Shown here one piece after another: positions 12,803-22,266 of a stretch of DNA of 64,000 bases. The first letter of the stretch is position 1, and the number at the start of each line of letters is the position of its first letter. Under the pieces are notes generated by a model. That model saw only the letters and a list, made by a program, of their open reading frames with translations. It made no database searches and was not told the DNA's origin. Source of the stretch: Arcobacteraceae bacterium (GTDB lineage: Bacteria > Campylobacterota > Campylobacteria > Campylobacterales > Arcobacteraceae); contig CBDCZH010000015.1 of NCBI GenBank assembly GCA_965224485.1, positions 384,001-448,000 on the forward strand, in the 5' to 3' direction. A program made the translations under genes and the position numbers.

Positions 12803-13306
12803 ATGTCAAAAATAGGTATTTTAGTTGCTAGTTCTAACAATAATCAAAAACTTGCTTTAAAAATAGAAGAGCTTGCAAAAAAAGAAAATTGTGAAGTTGA
12901 ATTAATTAATTTAGTAGATTTAAGACTTCCTTTATATAGTACTTTAGAACAAGAAGAAAATGGCATTCCACAAGTTGCCAAAGATTTAGCTACAAAAATT
13001 TTAGACTTAAAAGCTTTTATTATTGTTGCTCCTGAATATAATGGTGTTATGCCTTCTGTTTTAAATAATGCTATGGCTTGGACTTCAGTTTCAACTGATA
13101 ATTGGAGAGATGCTTTTAAACAAAAAGTTGTTGCACTTGCTACGCACAGTGGTGGTGGTGGAGCTAAAGGTTTACAAGCTATGAGAATTATGTTTCAACA
13201 CCTAGGTGCAAATATTTTAGCAAGAGAAATTTTAACTACTTATGAAATACCTTTAAAAGAAGAAAGTGCTATTAATATAATACAACAATTAAAAAAATTA
13301 TCATAA
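12803..13306 (+). CDS. NADPH-dependent FMN reductase
   Basis: APEYNG.MP.VLNNA..W motif, flavodoxin-like size. Confidence 0.85.
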   Translation: MSKIGILVASSNNNQKLALKIEELAKKENCEVELINLVDLRLPLYSTLEQEENGIPQVAKDLATKILDLKAFIIVAPEYNGVMPSVLNNAMAWTSVSTDNWRDAFKQKVVALATHSGGGGAKGLQAMRIMFQHLGANILAREILTTYEIPLKEESAINIIQQLKKLS

Positions 13307-13329
13307 AAAAGAGCCTTTAGGCTCTTTTT
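13305..13329. terminator. Bidirectional intrinsic terminator
   Basis: AAAAAAGAGCC-TTTA-GGCTCTTTTT between convergent genes. Confidence 0.85.
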
Positions 13330-13337
13330 ATTTAAAA

Positions 13338-14465
13338 TTATTTTTCATTAATAAATATTAGTGAATTCTTTTTATTTCTATATAAAGGTATTTTATTCAT
13401 ATCTTTTAAGGAATCTTTTACTAAATCTTGTAACTCTTCATGATGTGGAGATTTTGAACAAACAGGATCAGTTGCTTTCATGTTTTTTGTTAAAGCATAT
13501 GCCTGACATCTACAGCCTCCAAAATCTTTCTCTTTTTCAGGACAGCTTTTACAAGGATCTGGCATCCAATCATCACCTCTAAAAAAATTAAAAGCTTCTG
13601 AATCATTCCATATCTCTTTTATTGAAAAGTCTTTTACATTTGGAAACTCTAGGGGTAAAGTATTAGCTGTATTACAAGGCAAAGCATTTCCATCTGGATT
13701 AATTGTTAGAAATGTTGTGCCCCAGCCGTTCATACAGGGTTTTGGTCTTTGCTCAAAATAATCAGGAACTACAAAAAATACTTTCATATCAGGTCTTTTT
13801 TCTCTATAATAATCAACAGTAATTTTAGCTTGAATTAATTGCTCTTTTGTAGGTAAAAGGGAAGCTACATTCTCTAAAGCCCAACCATAATATTGAATAT
13901 TTGCAATTTCTAAATAATTAGCCCCTAAGCTCTCAGCAAATTCAATAATATCACCAATTTGATGAATATTCTGTCTTGTAATACAGGTATTAATAATTAG
14001 CTGTAAACCTTCTTCTTTTATCTCTTTTGCAATTTGAAGTTTTTTATCATAAGCACTTTTATTATTAGTAATTAAAGTCATAGTATTTCTATCATGAGAT
14101 TGAATTCCTAACTGAACTGTTTTAAGTCCTGCCTTTTTTAGTTTTTTTATAATTCCTTCTTCTCCTCCAACACCAGAAGTAATTAAATTTGTATAAAACT
14201 TTAAATCATTTGCTTTTTTTACAATTTGCACAATATCTTTATTAAGTAATGGCTCTCCTCCTGAGATACCTAATTGAACTGCTCCCATTTCTCTTGCTTC
14301 TTGCATTACTCTAAACCAGTCTTCTTTACTCATAGAATCTTTTGTATTTGCAAAATCTAATTGGTTATAACAGTATGTACACTCTAGGGGACATTTATGA
14401 GTTAGTTCTAAAAGTATCCATAAAGGTGGTTTTATTATATTTTTGTCTATAAAATCATTTTTCAT
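13338..14465 (-). CDS. pqqE: PqqA peptide cyclase (radical SAM-SPASM)
   Basis: PPLWILLELTHKCPLECTYCYN, NIQYYGWA, CMNGWG, DFGGCRCQA. Confidence 0.97.
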   Translation of the reverse strand: MKNDFIDKNIIKPPLWILLELTHKCPLECTYCYNQLDFANTKDSMSKEDWFRVMQEAREMGAVQLGISGGEPLLNKDIVQIVKKANDLKFYTNLITSGVGGEEGIIKKLKKAGLKTVQLGIQSHDRNTMTLITNNKSAYDKKLQIAKEIKEEGLQLIINTCITRQNIHQIGDIIEFAESLGANYLEIANIQYYGWALENVASLLPTKEQLIQAKITVDYYREKRPDMKVFFVVPDYFEQRPKPCMNGWGTTFLTINPDGNALPCNTANTLPLEFPNVKDFSIKEIWNDSEAFNFFRGDDWMPDPCKSCPEKEKDFGGCRCQAYALTKNMKATDPVCSKSPHHEELQDLVKDSLKDMNKIPLYRNKKNSLIFINEK

Positions 14466-14724
14466 ATTTAATCCACCCTCTGTTCATAGCTTCATCTAAA
14501 AAAGTACAAATATCTTTTATTAAGTTTTCTGTTTCAAATTTTTTTTCTAACATTTCACTTATAGCTAAAGCTGAATTTTTCCCGTTACATAAATTCATAA
14601 TTTCACCAGCACTTTTATTTAGTTGAACCATTCCTTCTGGATATAGAAGAACAAAACAATTTTGTTTTTCTTCAAATTGTAATTGAAAATGATTATTTAC
14701 TTGTAATAATTGTTCTTGTTGCAT
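14455..14724 (-). CDS. pqqD: PqqA-binding chaperone
   Basis: [18 protein letters not shown] motif, between pqqC and pqqE. Confidence 0.95.
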   Translation of the reverse strand: MQQEQLLQVNNHFQLQFEEKQNCFVLLYPEGMVQLNKSAGEIMNLCNGKNSALAISEMLEKKFETENLIKDICTFLDEAMNRGWIKYEK

Positions 14725-15448
14725 GACAATCCTTTATATTAAAATATGGAGGTCTTTTTAATTCGTAGGCTAAGTATAAAGCATCACACATAGTCCATAA
14801 AATATCTAATTTAAATTGCAAAATTTCACAGGCTTTATTTTGAAGCTCAACAGTATTAAATTCTTCTAAAGTAATTTCTAAACCATGTTCAACATCTCGT
14901 CTAGCCTCAGACAATCTTTTTTGAAAATATCTTAAACCTTCATCTTTAATCCAAGGATAATGTTTAGGCCAAGTATCTAAGCGTTGCTGATGTATTTGTG
15001 GTGCAAACATTTCTGTTAGTGAGCTCATTGAAGCTTCCTTCCATGTAGCTCTTCTTGCAAAGTTTATATATGCATCAACGGCAAATCTAACAGAAGGCAA
15101 AACAAATTTATGCTCTAATAAATCTTCTTTTTTTAATCCAACTGCCTCCCCTAGCTCCAACCAAGCTTCTATTCCACCACCAACACTATCATGATCTACA
15201 ATTCTTTGTATCCATTTTCTTCTATGTTCTATTGGAGGATTATTAGACATAATAGCTGCATCTTTAATTGGAATTGCACTTTGATAATAAAACCTATTTG
15301 CTACCCATCCTTGTATTTCTTCTTTAGAACACTGTCCTTTATACATTCTTACATGAAAAGGATGATGAATATGATACATACAGCCCATATCTCTAAGTTT
15401 GTTCTCAAAATCTTTTTTACTTAATAATATATTCATTTTTTTTGTCAT
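14693..15448 (-). CDS. pqqC: Pyrroloquinoline-quinone synthase
   Basis: [39 protein letters not shown]. Confidence 0.97.
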   Translation of the reverse strand: MTKKMNILLSKKDFENKLRDMGCMYHIHHPFHVRMYKGQCSKEEIQGWVANRFYYQSAIPIKDAAIMSNNPPIEHRRKWIQRIVDHDSVGGGIEAWLELGEAVGLKKEDLLEHKFVLPSVRFAVDAYINFARRATWKEASMSSLTEMFAPQIHQQRLDTWPKHYPWIKDEGLRYFQKRLSEARRDVEHGLEITLEEFNTVELQNKACEILQFKLDILWTMCDALYLAYELKRPPYFNIKDCHATRTIITSK

Positions 15449-15457
15449 TTTATTTCC

Positions 15458-16372
15458 TTATATATCTATTCTCATACCATCATAAGAAATTTCTATTCCA
15501 TGAGAAATTAACTGTGCATATTCTTTTGTGCTTTCATCTAAAATTGGATTTGTATTATTAATATGGATTAAAATCTTTCTAGGTTTTTCTAAGGTATCTA
15601 ATACTTTAATTAAACCATTAGGACCATTTAAAGGAACATGTCCCATATCAGTTCCTAATTTATTTGAGAATTTTCCTTTTATCATTTCATCATTAGTCCA
15701 CAATGTTCCTTCCAATAATAAAACATCAGCTTTTTTCATTTCATCAATAATATGGTCTTGCAAAACTCCAAGACCTGGCAAATAAAATAGTCTTTTTTGT
15801 GTCTTAATATTTACAACTGTAATTCCAATATTATCCCCGCTTCGTGGTTTATCTCTAAAGATAGAATAAGGTGGGGCATTTGAAATTAGAGCATGGGCAG
15901 AAAACTCATGATTTGGCATAACTGGAATTAAAAACTTTGAGGCATTTGCTAAGATTTCATTATATTTAACCCCTCCCCCATTCCATGATTCAAGCATTTT
16001 AAATAAAGGAAAAGATGTGTTTAATTCTTCATTAACTTCTTTTGTACAATACACTTCATGTGGACATCCTTCTCTTAAACCAAGAAGTCCTGTTGTATGA
16101 TCTATTTGAGCATCCATAAAAACAATAGCTTTAATTGTGTTTTCTCTTAGCTTTTTAGGATGTAAAAAAACTGAATTGTGAATTTGCTCTAGAATATCAG
16201 GAGAGGCATTAAATAAAATCCAATTTATTCCATCTTCACTTAAAGTGATTGAACTTTGAGTTCTTCTTATAACTGTAGATTTTCCTTCTCTATAAGCCTT
16301 ACAATTTGAACAATTACAATTAAATTGAGGTAAACCTCCTCCAGCACTAGAACCTAAAACTTCGATTCTCAT
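15458..16372 (-). CDS. pqqB: PQQ biosynthesis protein B
   Basis: LGSSAGGGLPQFNCNCSNC, RTQSS, NASPD, IDHTTGLL, HINNTNPIL. ATG 16372 preferred over GTG 16378 on RBS spacing. Confidence 0.97.
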   Translation of the reverse strand: MRIEVLGSSAGGGLPQFNCNCSNCKAYREGKSTVIRRTQSSITLSEDGINWILFNASPDILEQIHNSVFLHPKKLRENTIKAIVFMDAQIDHTTGLLGLREGCPHEVYCTKEVNEELNTSFPLFKMLESWNGGGVKYNEILANASKFLIPVMPNHEFSAHALISNAPPYSIFRDKPRSGDNIGITVVNIKTQKRLFYLPGLGVLQDHIIDEMKKADVLLLEGTLWTNDEMIKGKFSNKLGTDMGHVPLNGPNGLIKVLDTLEKPRKILIHINNTNPILDESTKEYAQLISHGIEISYDGMRIDI

Positions 16373-16438
16373 TTTCACTCCTTTTACATTGGGCTAATTT
16401 TTATTAAAAAGTTTCCTAACTTCTTAATAAAAACTATA

Positions 16439-16462
16439 AAAGAGCAGAAAATTCTGCTCTTT
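16439..16462 (-). terminator. Stem-loop directly after pqqA
   Basis: AAAGAGCAGAA-AA-TTCTGCTCTTT; a second hairpin lies at about 16399-16432. Confidence 0.75.
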
Positions 16463-16468
16463 ATTGTT

Positions 16469-16543
16469 TTATGTAGTACAAATATACATTGTTACTTCAA
16501 AACCAAATCTATTATCTACAAATTCTGGTGTTTCCCATTTCAT
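16469..16543 (-). CDS. pqqA: PQQ precursor peptide MKWETPEFVDNRFGFEVTMYICTT
   Basis: Manually translated 24-aa ORF with the conserved GFEVTMY (ExxxY) core; AAGGAG RBS at 16549-16554. Confidence 0.97.
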   Translation of the reverse strand: MKWETPEFVDNRFGFEVTMYICTT

Positions 16544-16565
16544 AAGATCTCCTTTTTTAGATTTT

Positions 16566-18375
16566 TTATTTTTTTACCGTTCTTGCTTTATGTAATTTAA
16601 ACACATGAACAGTTCCACCTTGATTTAAATACTTCACAGTTTTCGCAACTTCACCACCCCATAAAGGAACAGCTCCACCCCAACCTGAAACAACTGAAAT
16701 ATATTGTTCACCATTTTGCATCCATGTAATAGGCGAGCTTACTATTCCAGATCCTGTTTGGAATGAGTATAAAACTTCACCAGTTTCATCATCAAGTGCT
16801 AAGAATTTACCCTCTGGTGTTCCTGTAAATACTAGACCACCAGCAGTTGCTAAAACACCAGCCCATAAAGGAGCATTATTTTTATAAATCCATTTGATTT
16901 TTCCAGTAACTGGGTCAATTGCTTTTAAAGCACCAATATGATCTTCATATATTGGTTTTATTGTAAACCCAGCACCCATATAAGCTGCACCTTTTTTATA
17001 AGTAGCTGCTTTATTCCAAATATCCATTCCCCACTCATTAGCAGGAACATAAAATAATCCTGTTTTTTGTGAATAAGCCATTGGATTCCAGTTTTTCCCA
17101 CCTAAGAAAGAAGGTACTGCAAATACTGATTTTCCTTCTTTACCCATATTTGGTTTACCTGGACGGTTATCTTCATTAAATATAGGACGACCATTTTCAT
17201 CCATGCCTTTAGCCCAAGTGATTTTGTCAACAAAAGGAAGTGATCTAATATATTTTCCATTAAGTCTATTTAAAACATAAAAGAATCCATTTTTATCAGC
17301 TGTTGCTCCTGCTTTAATAATTTTTTCCATTTTCTTCATATTCAAATAAAACTAATTCTGAAATACCATCATAATCCCAACCATCATTAGGAGTTGTTTG
17401 AAAATGCCAAACTATTTTTCCAGTATCTGGATTAATTGCTACTCTTGAAGCAGAATATAAGTTATCCCCTGGTCTTTCATGTGAGTTCCAAGGAGCAGGA
17501 TTTCCTGTTGGAACATAAATTAAATCAGCATCAGGATCATAAGTAACTCCATTCCATGGTGCAGCTCCACCGTGTCTCCAAATATCTCCTGGCCAAGTGG
17601 CATTTGTAACTCCTGTAATTCCATTCTCTTTACCGTTTAAGTAACCCATATGTCCTTCAACCATAGGTCTTGACCAAATAAGCTCACCTGTTAAAGGATT
17701 TCTAGCATCAAGTTTTCCAACAACTCCAAACTCGCCACCAGAATTTCCAGTAATCAATAAATCTTTTACAATTAAAGGAGCTGCTGTATAAGAATAACCT
17801 TCTTTATAATTAGCAATTTTCTTTTTCCATCTAACTTTTCCAGTTTTACGGTCAAGGGCCACAAGTTTTGCATCAAGTGTTCCAAAAATTACTAAATCCT
17901 TATATAAAGCAGCACCTCTATTAATTACATCACAACAAGGTAAAATATCACCTGGTAATCGTGCATCATATTGCCATATTTCATCACCGTTTAAAGTATT
18001 AATTGCATATATTCTAGAATATGATCCAGTTACATACATAACCCCATCTTTTACTAAAGCTTGTGATTCTTGACCTCTTTGTTTTTCGCCACCAAAAGAA
18101 AAGTTCCATACAGGAACTAAGTTTTTTACACTATTTTTATTGATATCACTAATAGGTGAATATCTTTGTGCTTTTTGACCTAAACCATAAGACACAACAT
18201 CATTTACTGTTTTTGAATCATTTAAAATATCAGAATATTTCACATCTTCAAAACCAGGTTCTATAAGCATTTGGCTTTTAGCATCATTTGACATACTATT
18301 TAAAGCACAACCACTAATTAATACAGCTCCCATAATAAGTACTGCACTTTTTAGTAAATGTTTTTTTAACATCAT
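16566..18375 (-). CDS. pedH: PQQ-dependent type-I alcohol dehydrogenase, lanthanide-type (PedH/ExaF-like); one extra A at 17321-17326 splits it
   Basis: Joins ORFs 17314-18375 and 16566-17345. [60 protein letters not shown]. No C-terminal CxxCH. About 601 aa from ATG 18372 after correction. Confidence 0.9.
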
Positions 18376-18429
18376 CTTCTCCTTCGTTTTTTTCTACTCG
18401 CAAATAAACAACAAAGCGCGCATATTCTG

Positions 18430-18461
18430 AGTATACATAAGCTATATAGCGTGAATATAGG
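18430..18461 (-). promoter_or_regulatory. Regulon promoter for the pedH-pqq operon
   Basis: Sense strand CCTATA-TTCAC-GCTATA-N9-TATACT. Confidence 0.8.
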
Positions 18462-18491
18462 TAAAAAAAATATCTTAGTTTAGGAAAATTA

Positions 18492-19280
18492 TTATTTGTG
18501 TTTAGAACTTGTTCTTTTAGATTTATATCCCAAAAAAGCAAGACTTAGACTAGTTATAAACAAAATTATAAGTATGAAGAAATTAGAAGCATCAAATTTT
18601 AAATAAAGAGTAAAACGAATAAATTCTACTATATATGAAAAAGGATTATAAGAAGAAAGATTATATAAAAGAAGTGAAGAGTCTTTTATTTTCCATAAAG
18701 GATATAAAGCAGAAGACATAAAAAACATAGGGAAAATTACAAAATTCATAACAGAAGAAAAATTCTCTAATTGTTTTATAACAGAAGAGATAAACAAAGC
18801 AAGAGCATTTAAGATAATTGAAGTAAATAAAATAACAGGAAGAAGGAAGATATAAGCTAAAGCTTGCATTTGAACCCCATAAAAATAAGCAATAAGTAAA
18901 AAAGAAAATACTTGTATGCTTGAAACAATAGCTGTTGCTAACATTTTACAAAAAAGCAAATAATTCCTTGAGATATGAGAGCTTAGGAGAATTTTCATAG
19001 AACCCATCTCTCTATCAAATAACATTGATAAGGAACTTTGCATACCATTAAATAACATTATCATTCCTACAAGACCTGGTACTATATATGTTTCATAAGT
19101 AATATAAGTTTCATAAGGAGGAATAATAGCAAGTCCTAAGGCAGCTTTAAAACCAATTGAAAAGATAAAAAGCCATAATAAAGGACGAACAAGAGCAGAA
19201 ATGAATCTTGATTTTTGTTTTATAAATCGCAATAATTCTTTATATATAATTCCTAAAGCACAATAATATAAGGTTTTCAT
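18492..19280 (-). CDS. pedC: ABC-2 permease, PQQ-ADH system (PedC-like)
   Basis: SALVRPLLWLFIF, IIPPYETYITYETYIVPGL, FNGMQSSLSM. Confidence 0.88.
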   Translation of the reverse strand: MKTLYYCALGIIYKELLRFIKQKSRFISALVRPLLWLFIFSIGFKAALGLAIIPPYETYITYETYIVPGLVGMIMLFNGMQSSLSMLFDREMGSMKILLSSHISRNYLLFCKMLATAIVSSIQVFSFLLIAYFYGVQMQALAYIFLLPVILFTSIILNALALFISSVIKQLENFSSVMNFVIFPMFFMSSALYPLWKIKDSSLLLYNLSSYNPFSYIVEFIRFTLYLKFDASNFFILIILFITSLSLAFLGYKSKRTSSKHK

Positions 19281-19300
19281 ATTTTCATCTTTTCATCTTT

Positions 19301-20035
19301 TTACTTTGTTAAAAATTCAAAAACTTCACTTAAAGAAGTTTTATTATGTTTTGAGATTATTTCATGTAAAATTCCATTTTCAATAATCTCTCCTTTTTTT
19401 ATAATAGTTACCTCATCAGAAGTCATAACTTCATCAAAAAGATGAGTTATCCATAAAACAGATATATCTCTTTGTTTTATAAGTTCTCTTACATAAGAAA
19501 TAATTTCAAAACGAGATTTAACATCAAGGCCAACAGTAGGCTCATCTAAGAGTAAAATTTTAGGTTCATTGATTAAAGCCCTTAAAATTTCAACTCTTCT
19601 TCTATGACCTTGGTTTAACTCTCTTAAAGAAGTATCAAGTTTATCTTCTAAGGAAAAAATCTTAAGTTCTTGTTTAATAGAAGCTAAGGTTTCTTTAAAA
19701 CTAAGACCTTGCATACAACCATAATAATATAAATTTTGTCTAAGGCTTAAGTCTAAATCCAAAGTAGATTCTTGAAAAACAATACCTACATTCTGTAAGG
19801 CCTGCTTATAGTTTTTAATATCATGTCCATTTATACTAAGACTTCCTTCTTGTAAAGATAGAAGTCTTGTTATTAAAGAAAATATAGTTGATTTTCCAGC
19901 CCCATTTAAACCTAAAAGGACAAAAAAACTTTTCTTTTTAATCTTTATATTTATATTCTTAAGAACTACATCTTTTTCATATTTATATGATATATTTTCT
20001 AGTTTTAAAGCACAATCCATTTTAATCTTTAGCAA
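19301..20035 (-). CDS. pedB: ABC ATP-binding protein, PQQ-ADH system (PedB-like)
   Basis: GLNGAGKSTIFSLITRL, LNQGHRRRVEI, LLDEPTVGLD, LWITHL. Confidence 0.88.
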   Translation of the reverse strand: MLKIKMDCALKLENISYKYEKDVVLKNINIKIKKKSFFVLLGLNGAGKSTIFSLITRLLSLQEGSLSINGHDIKNYKQALQNVGIVFQESTLDLDLSLRQNLYYYGCMQGLSFKETLASIKQELKIFSLEDKLDTSLRELNQGHRRRVEILRALINEPKILLLDEPTVGLDVKSRFEIISYVRELIKQRDISVLWITHLFDEVMTSDEVTIIKKGEIIENGILHEIISKHNKTSLSEVFEFLTK

Positions 20036-20987
20036 TAACTGCTAAACCCCATGGGTAACGCCCTACTTTAATTGTTTTTAAAACTTTTAACTTTTTTACA
20101 TCAATTAAAGAGACATCTCCGGATACTCCATTTGTACTGTATAATTTACTTTCATTATTAGCAAACTCCATTTGCCAAACTCTTTTTCCAACAAGTAAGT
20201 ATTTTATTACCTTATAGGTTTTAGCATCAATAACTGCAATATGATTAGCAGGGCCAAGGGCTACAAAAGCATATTTTCCATCACTTGTTAACTTTATACC
20301 AACGGGCTGTATTTTATCTTTATAAATTCCAGGTATTTTAAAAGAAATTGTTTTTACTTTTTCTTTTGTTTTTGTATCTATAATAGTAACAGTTCCACCT
20401 ATTTCTGAACTTGCCCAAACCATTGAACCACTTTTATTAAACTCAATATGTCTAGGTCTTTGGTCAACAGGAGTATTGTGTATAATTTTATATGTAGAAG
20501 TATCAATCCAGTGTAGAAAGTTTGAAGTCTCAGAGCTATTAATAGCTATTTTTCCATCAGGAGATATTGCCATTCCTTCTGGTTCAACTCCTACATCTAT
20601 TTGTGTAACAACTTCTTTTTTTATAGTATCAACAACAGTTATAACAGCATCATCTTCATTTGCTATATATAAATGTTTATCATTAGGATGTAAGGCAAAT
20701 TGTTCAGGATCATCACCAGAAGGTAAATCTCCAATAATTTTATTTGTTTTAGTATCAAGTATTTGAACAGTATCATCATCACTTGCACAAATATATAATA
20801 AACTTCTATCTTTATTTAAAATAATTCCTCTAGGTCGATTGCCTACTTCAATAGTTTTAATGATTTTATTTGTATTTGAATCAATTAAACTCAAAGTATT
20901 ATCTTTTTCATTAGAAACATAAATAATATCTGCACTTAAAAGTGAAGAAACAAAAACTAGTGCTAAAAGTTTATAAATTTTTCCCAT
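20022..20987 (-). CDS. YVTN beta-propeller protein, PQQ-catabolism associated (PedA2-like)
   Basis: Signal peptide; YVSNEKDNT, LPSGDDPE, GVEPEGM, VALGPANH repeats. Confidence 0.9.
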   Translation of the reverse strand: MGKIYKLLALVFVSSLLSADIIYVSNEKDNTLSLIDSNTNKIIKTIEVGNRPRGIILNKDRSLLYICASDDDTVQILDTKTNKIIGDLPSGDDPEQFALHPNDKHLYIANEDDAVITVVDTIKKEVVTQIDVGVEPEGMAISPDGKIAINSSETSNFLHWIDTSTYKIIHNTPVDQRPRHIEFNKSGSMVWASSEIGGTVTIIDTKTKEKVKTISFKIPGIYKDKIQPVGIKLTSDGKYAFVALGPANHIAVIDAKTYKVIKYLLVGKRVWQMEFANNESKLYSTNGVSGDVSLIDVKKLKVLKTIKVGRYPWGLAVIAKD

Positions 20988-21017
20988 AACAATTCCTTTT
21001 ATTTTTTAACTTAATTA

Positions 21018-21049
21018 AGTCTACTAAAGATTTAAAGCATGAGAATAGC
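21018..21049 (-). promoter_or_regulatory. Regulon promoter for beta-propeller-pedB-pedC
   Basis: Sense strand GCTATT-CTCAT-GCTTTA-N9-TAGACT. Confidence 0.75.
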
Positions 21050-21069
21050 TATGATTTTTTTACACCAAA

Positions 21070-21101
21070 CCTATATTCATGCTATAAATCTTTAGTAAAA
21101 T
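21070..21101 (+). promoter_or_regulatory. Regulon promoter for the PedA1-like binding protein
   Basis: CCTATA-TTCAT-GCTATA-N9-TAAAAT. Confidence 0.8.
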
Positions 21102-21120
21102 TAAATAGTAAAGGACACGT

Positions 21121-22266
21121 ATGAAACAAATAATACTTCTTAGCCTTCTTTATATAAATATATTTGCTAGTACTTTAAATATTAAGATTTTGTATTTAGA
21201 AGAAATTATTGAAAAACCTCCTGTTTTATCAAATGTAATAAAAGAGCCTAAAGACAGTGGTTTATTAGGAGCTCTACTTGCTATTAAAGATTCTAATATA
21301 ACAGCTAAGTTTTTAAATCAAAAATATATTTTAGAAAGTATTACTTCAAAAGATGAAGGAATACTTATAAAAGTTTTTGAAAACTTTATAAGAGAAAAAA
21401 ATACTTTTGTTTTAATATCAGTATCAAATAAACTATTTAAAAAACTTTTACTTAATAAATATGCAAAAAAAGCTTTATTAATTAATATAGCCAATAAATC
21501 AAGTTCTTTTAGAAAAAACTTTTGCTCTAAGAATTTACTTCATACAATAGCAAGTCATGCTATGTTATATGACGCTTTAGCCCAGTTTTTAGTAAAAAGA
21601 AATTGGAAAAACTGGCTTTTGATTAAAGGTGAAAAAAAAGAAGACAAAGAAGTATATCAAGCAATAATAAGAGCTAAAAACAGATTTGGTGCAAATATAG
21701 TAGAAGAAAAAATATGGACTTCAAATAGTGATATAAGAAGAAAAGCACAAGATGAAATGCCTTCTTTTACACAGAGTTCCGATTATGATGTTATTGTAGT
21801 TGCTGATTATTTTGGAGATTTTGGTGAATATATTTACTTTAATAGCTGGTTACCAAGACCAGTTGCTGGAACACAAGGTCTTAGACCTCTTACTTGGCAT
21901 AAAGTAATAGAAGCCTGGGGTGCAGCACAATTGCAAAAAAGATTTGAGCAAAACTTTAAGAGATGGATGAATTCAAAAGATTATGCTTCTTGGTTAGCTA
22001 TTAGAACTATACTAAGAGCAGTTTCTACTACTAAAACAAAAGATCTTAAAAGAAATATAGATTTTATTTATTCAAATAATTTTGATTTAGGGGCTTATAA
22101 AGGAAGAAAATTAACATATAGACCTTTTAATGGTCAGCTTAGACAACCAATAGCTTTAGTTCATTCAAAAGCTTTAGTTTCACACTCTCCTCAAGTTGGT
22201 TTTTTACATCCACTTACAGACTTAGATACTCTTGGCATTTCCAAATACGAAATGAATTGTAAATAA
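21121..22266 (+). CDS. ABC substrate-binding protein, PQQ-ADH system (PedA1-like)
   Basis: AMLYDALAQFL, PRPVAGTQGL, WGAAQLQKRF, YKGRKLTYRPFNGQLRQPI, GFLHP..DLDTLG. Confidence 0.85.
   Translation: MKQIILLSLLYINIFASTLNIKILYLEEIIEKPPVLSNVIKEPKDSGLLGALLAIKDSNITAKFLNQKYILESITSKDEGILIKVFENFIREKNTFVLISVSNKLFKKLLLNKYAKKALLINIANKSSSFRKNFCSKNLLHTIASHAMLYDALAQFLVKRNWKNWLLIKGEKKEDKEVYQAIIRAKNRFGANIVEEKIWTSNSDIRRKAQDEMPSFTQSSDYDVIVVADYFGDFGEYIYFNSWLPRPVAGTQGLRPLTWHKVIEAWGAAQLQKRFEQNFKRWMNSKDYASWLAIRTILRAVSTTKTKDLKRNIDFIYSNNFDLGAYKGRKLTYRPFNGQLRQPIALVHSKALVSHSPQVGFLHPLTDLDTLGISKYEMNCK

Noticed and set aside
17321..17326. Phase variation or programmed frameshift in pedH
   Set aside because: An A6 run is short and common in this AT-rich DNA. 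Campylobacterota contingency tracts are typically long G/C runs, and similar indels are scattered nearby.
16566..17345. ORF 16566-17345 as a separate gene
   Set aside because: It is the C-terminal half of the PQQ-ADH; removing one A restores [18 protein letters not shown].
16566..18375. XoxF methanol dehydrogenase or methylotrophy
   Set aside because: The motifs [18 protein letters not shown] and [11 protein letters not shown], plus the c550 and acetaldehyde-dehydrogenase context, fit the ExaA/PedH clade; no C1 genes are present in the window.
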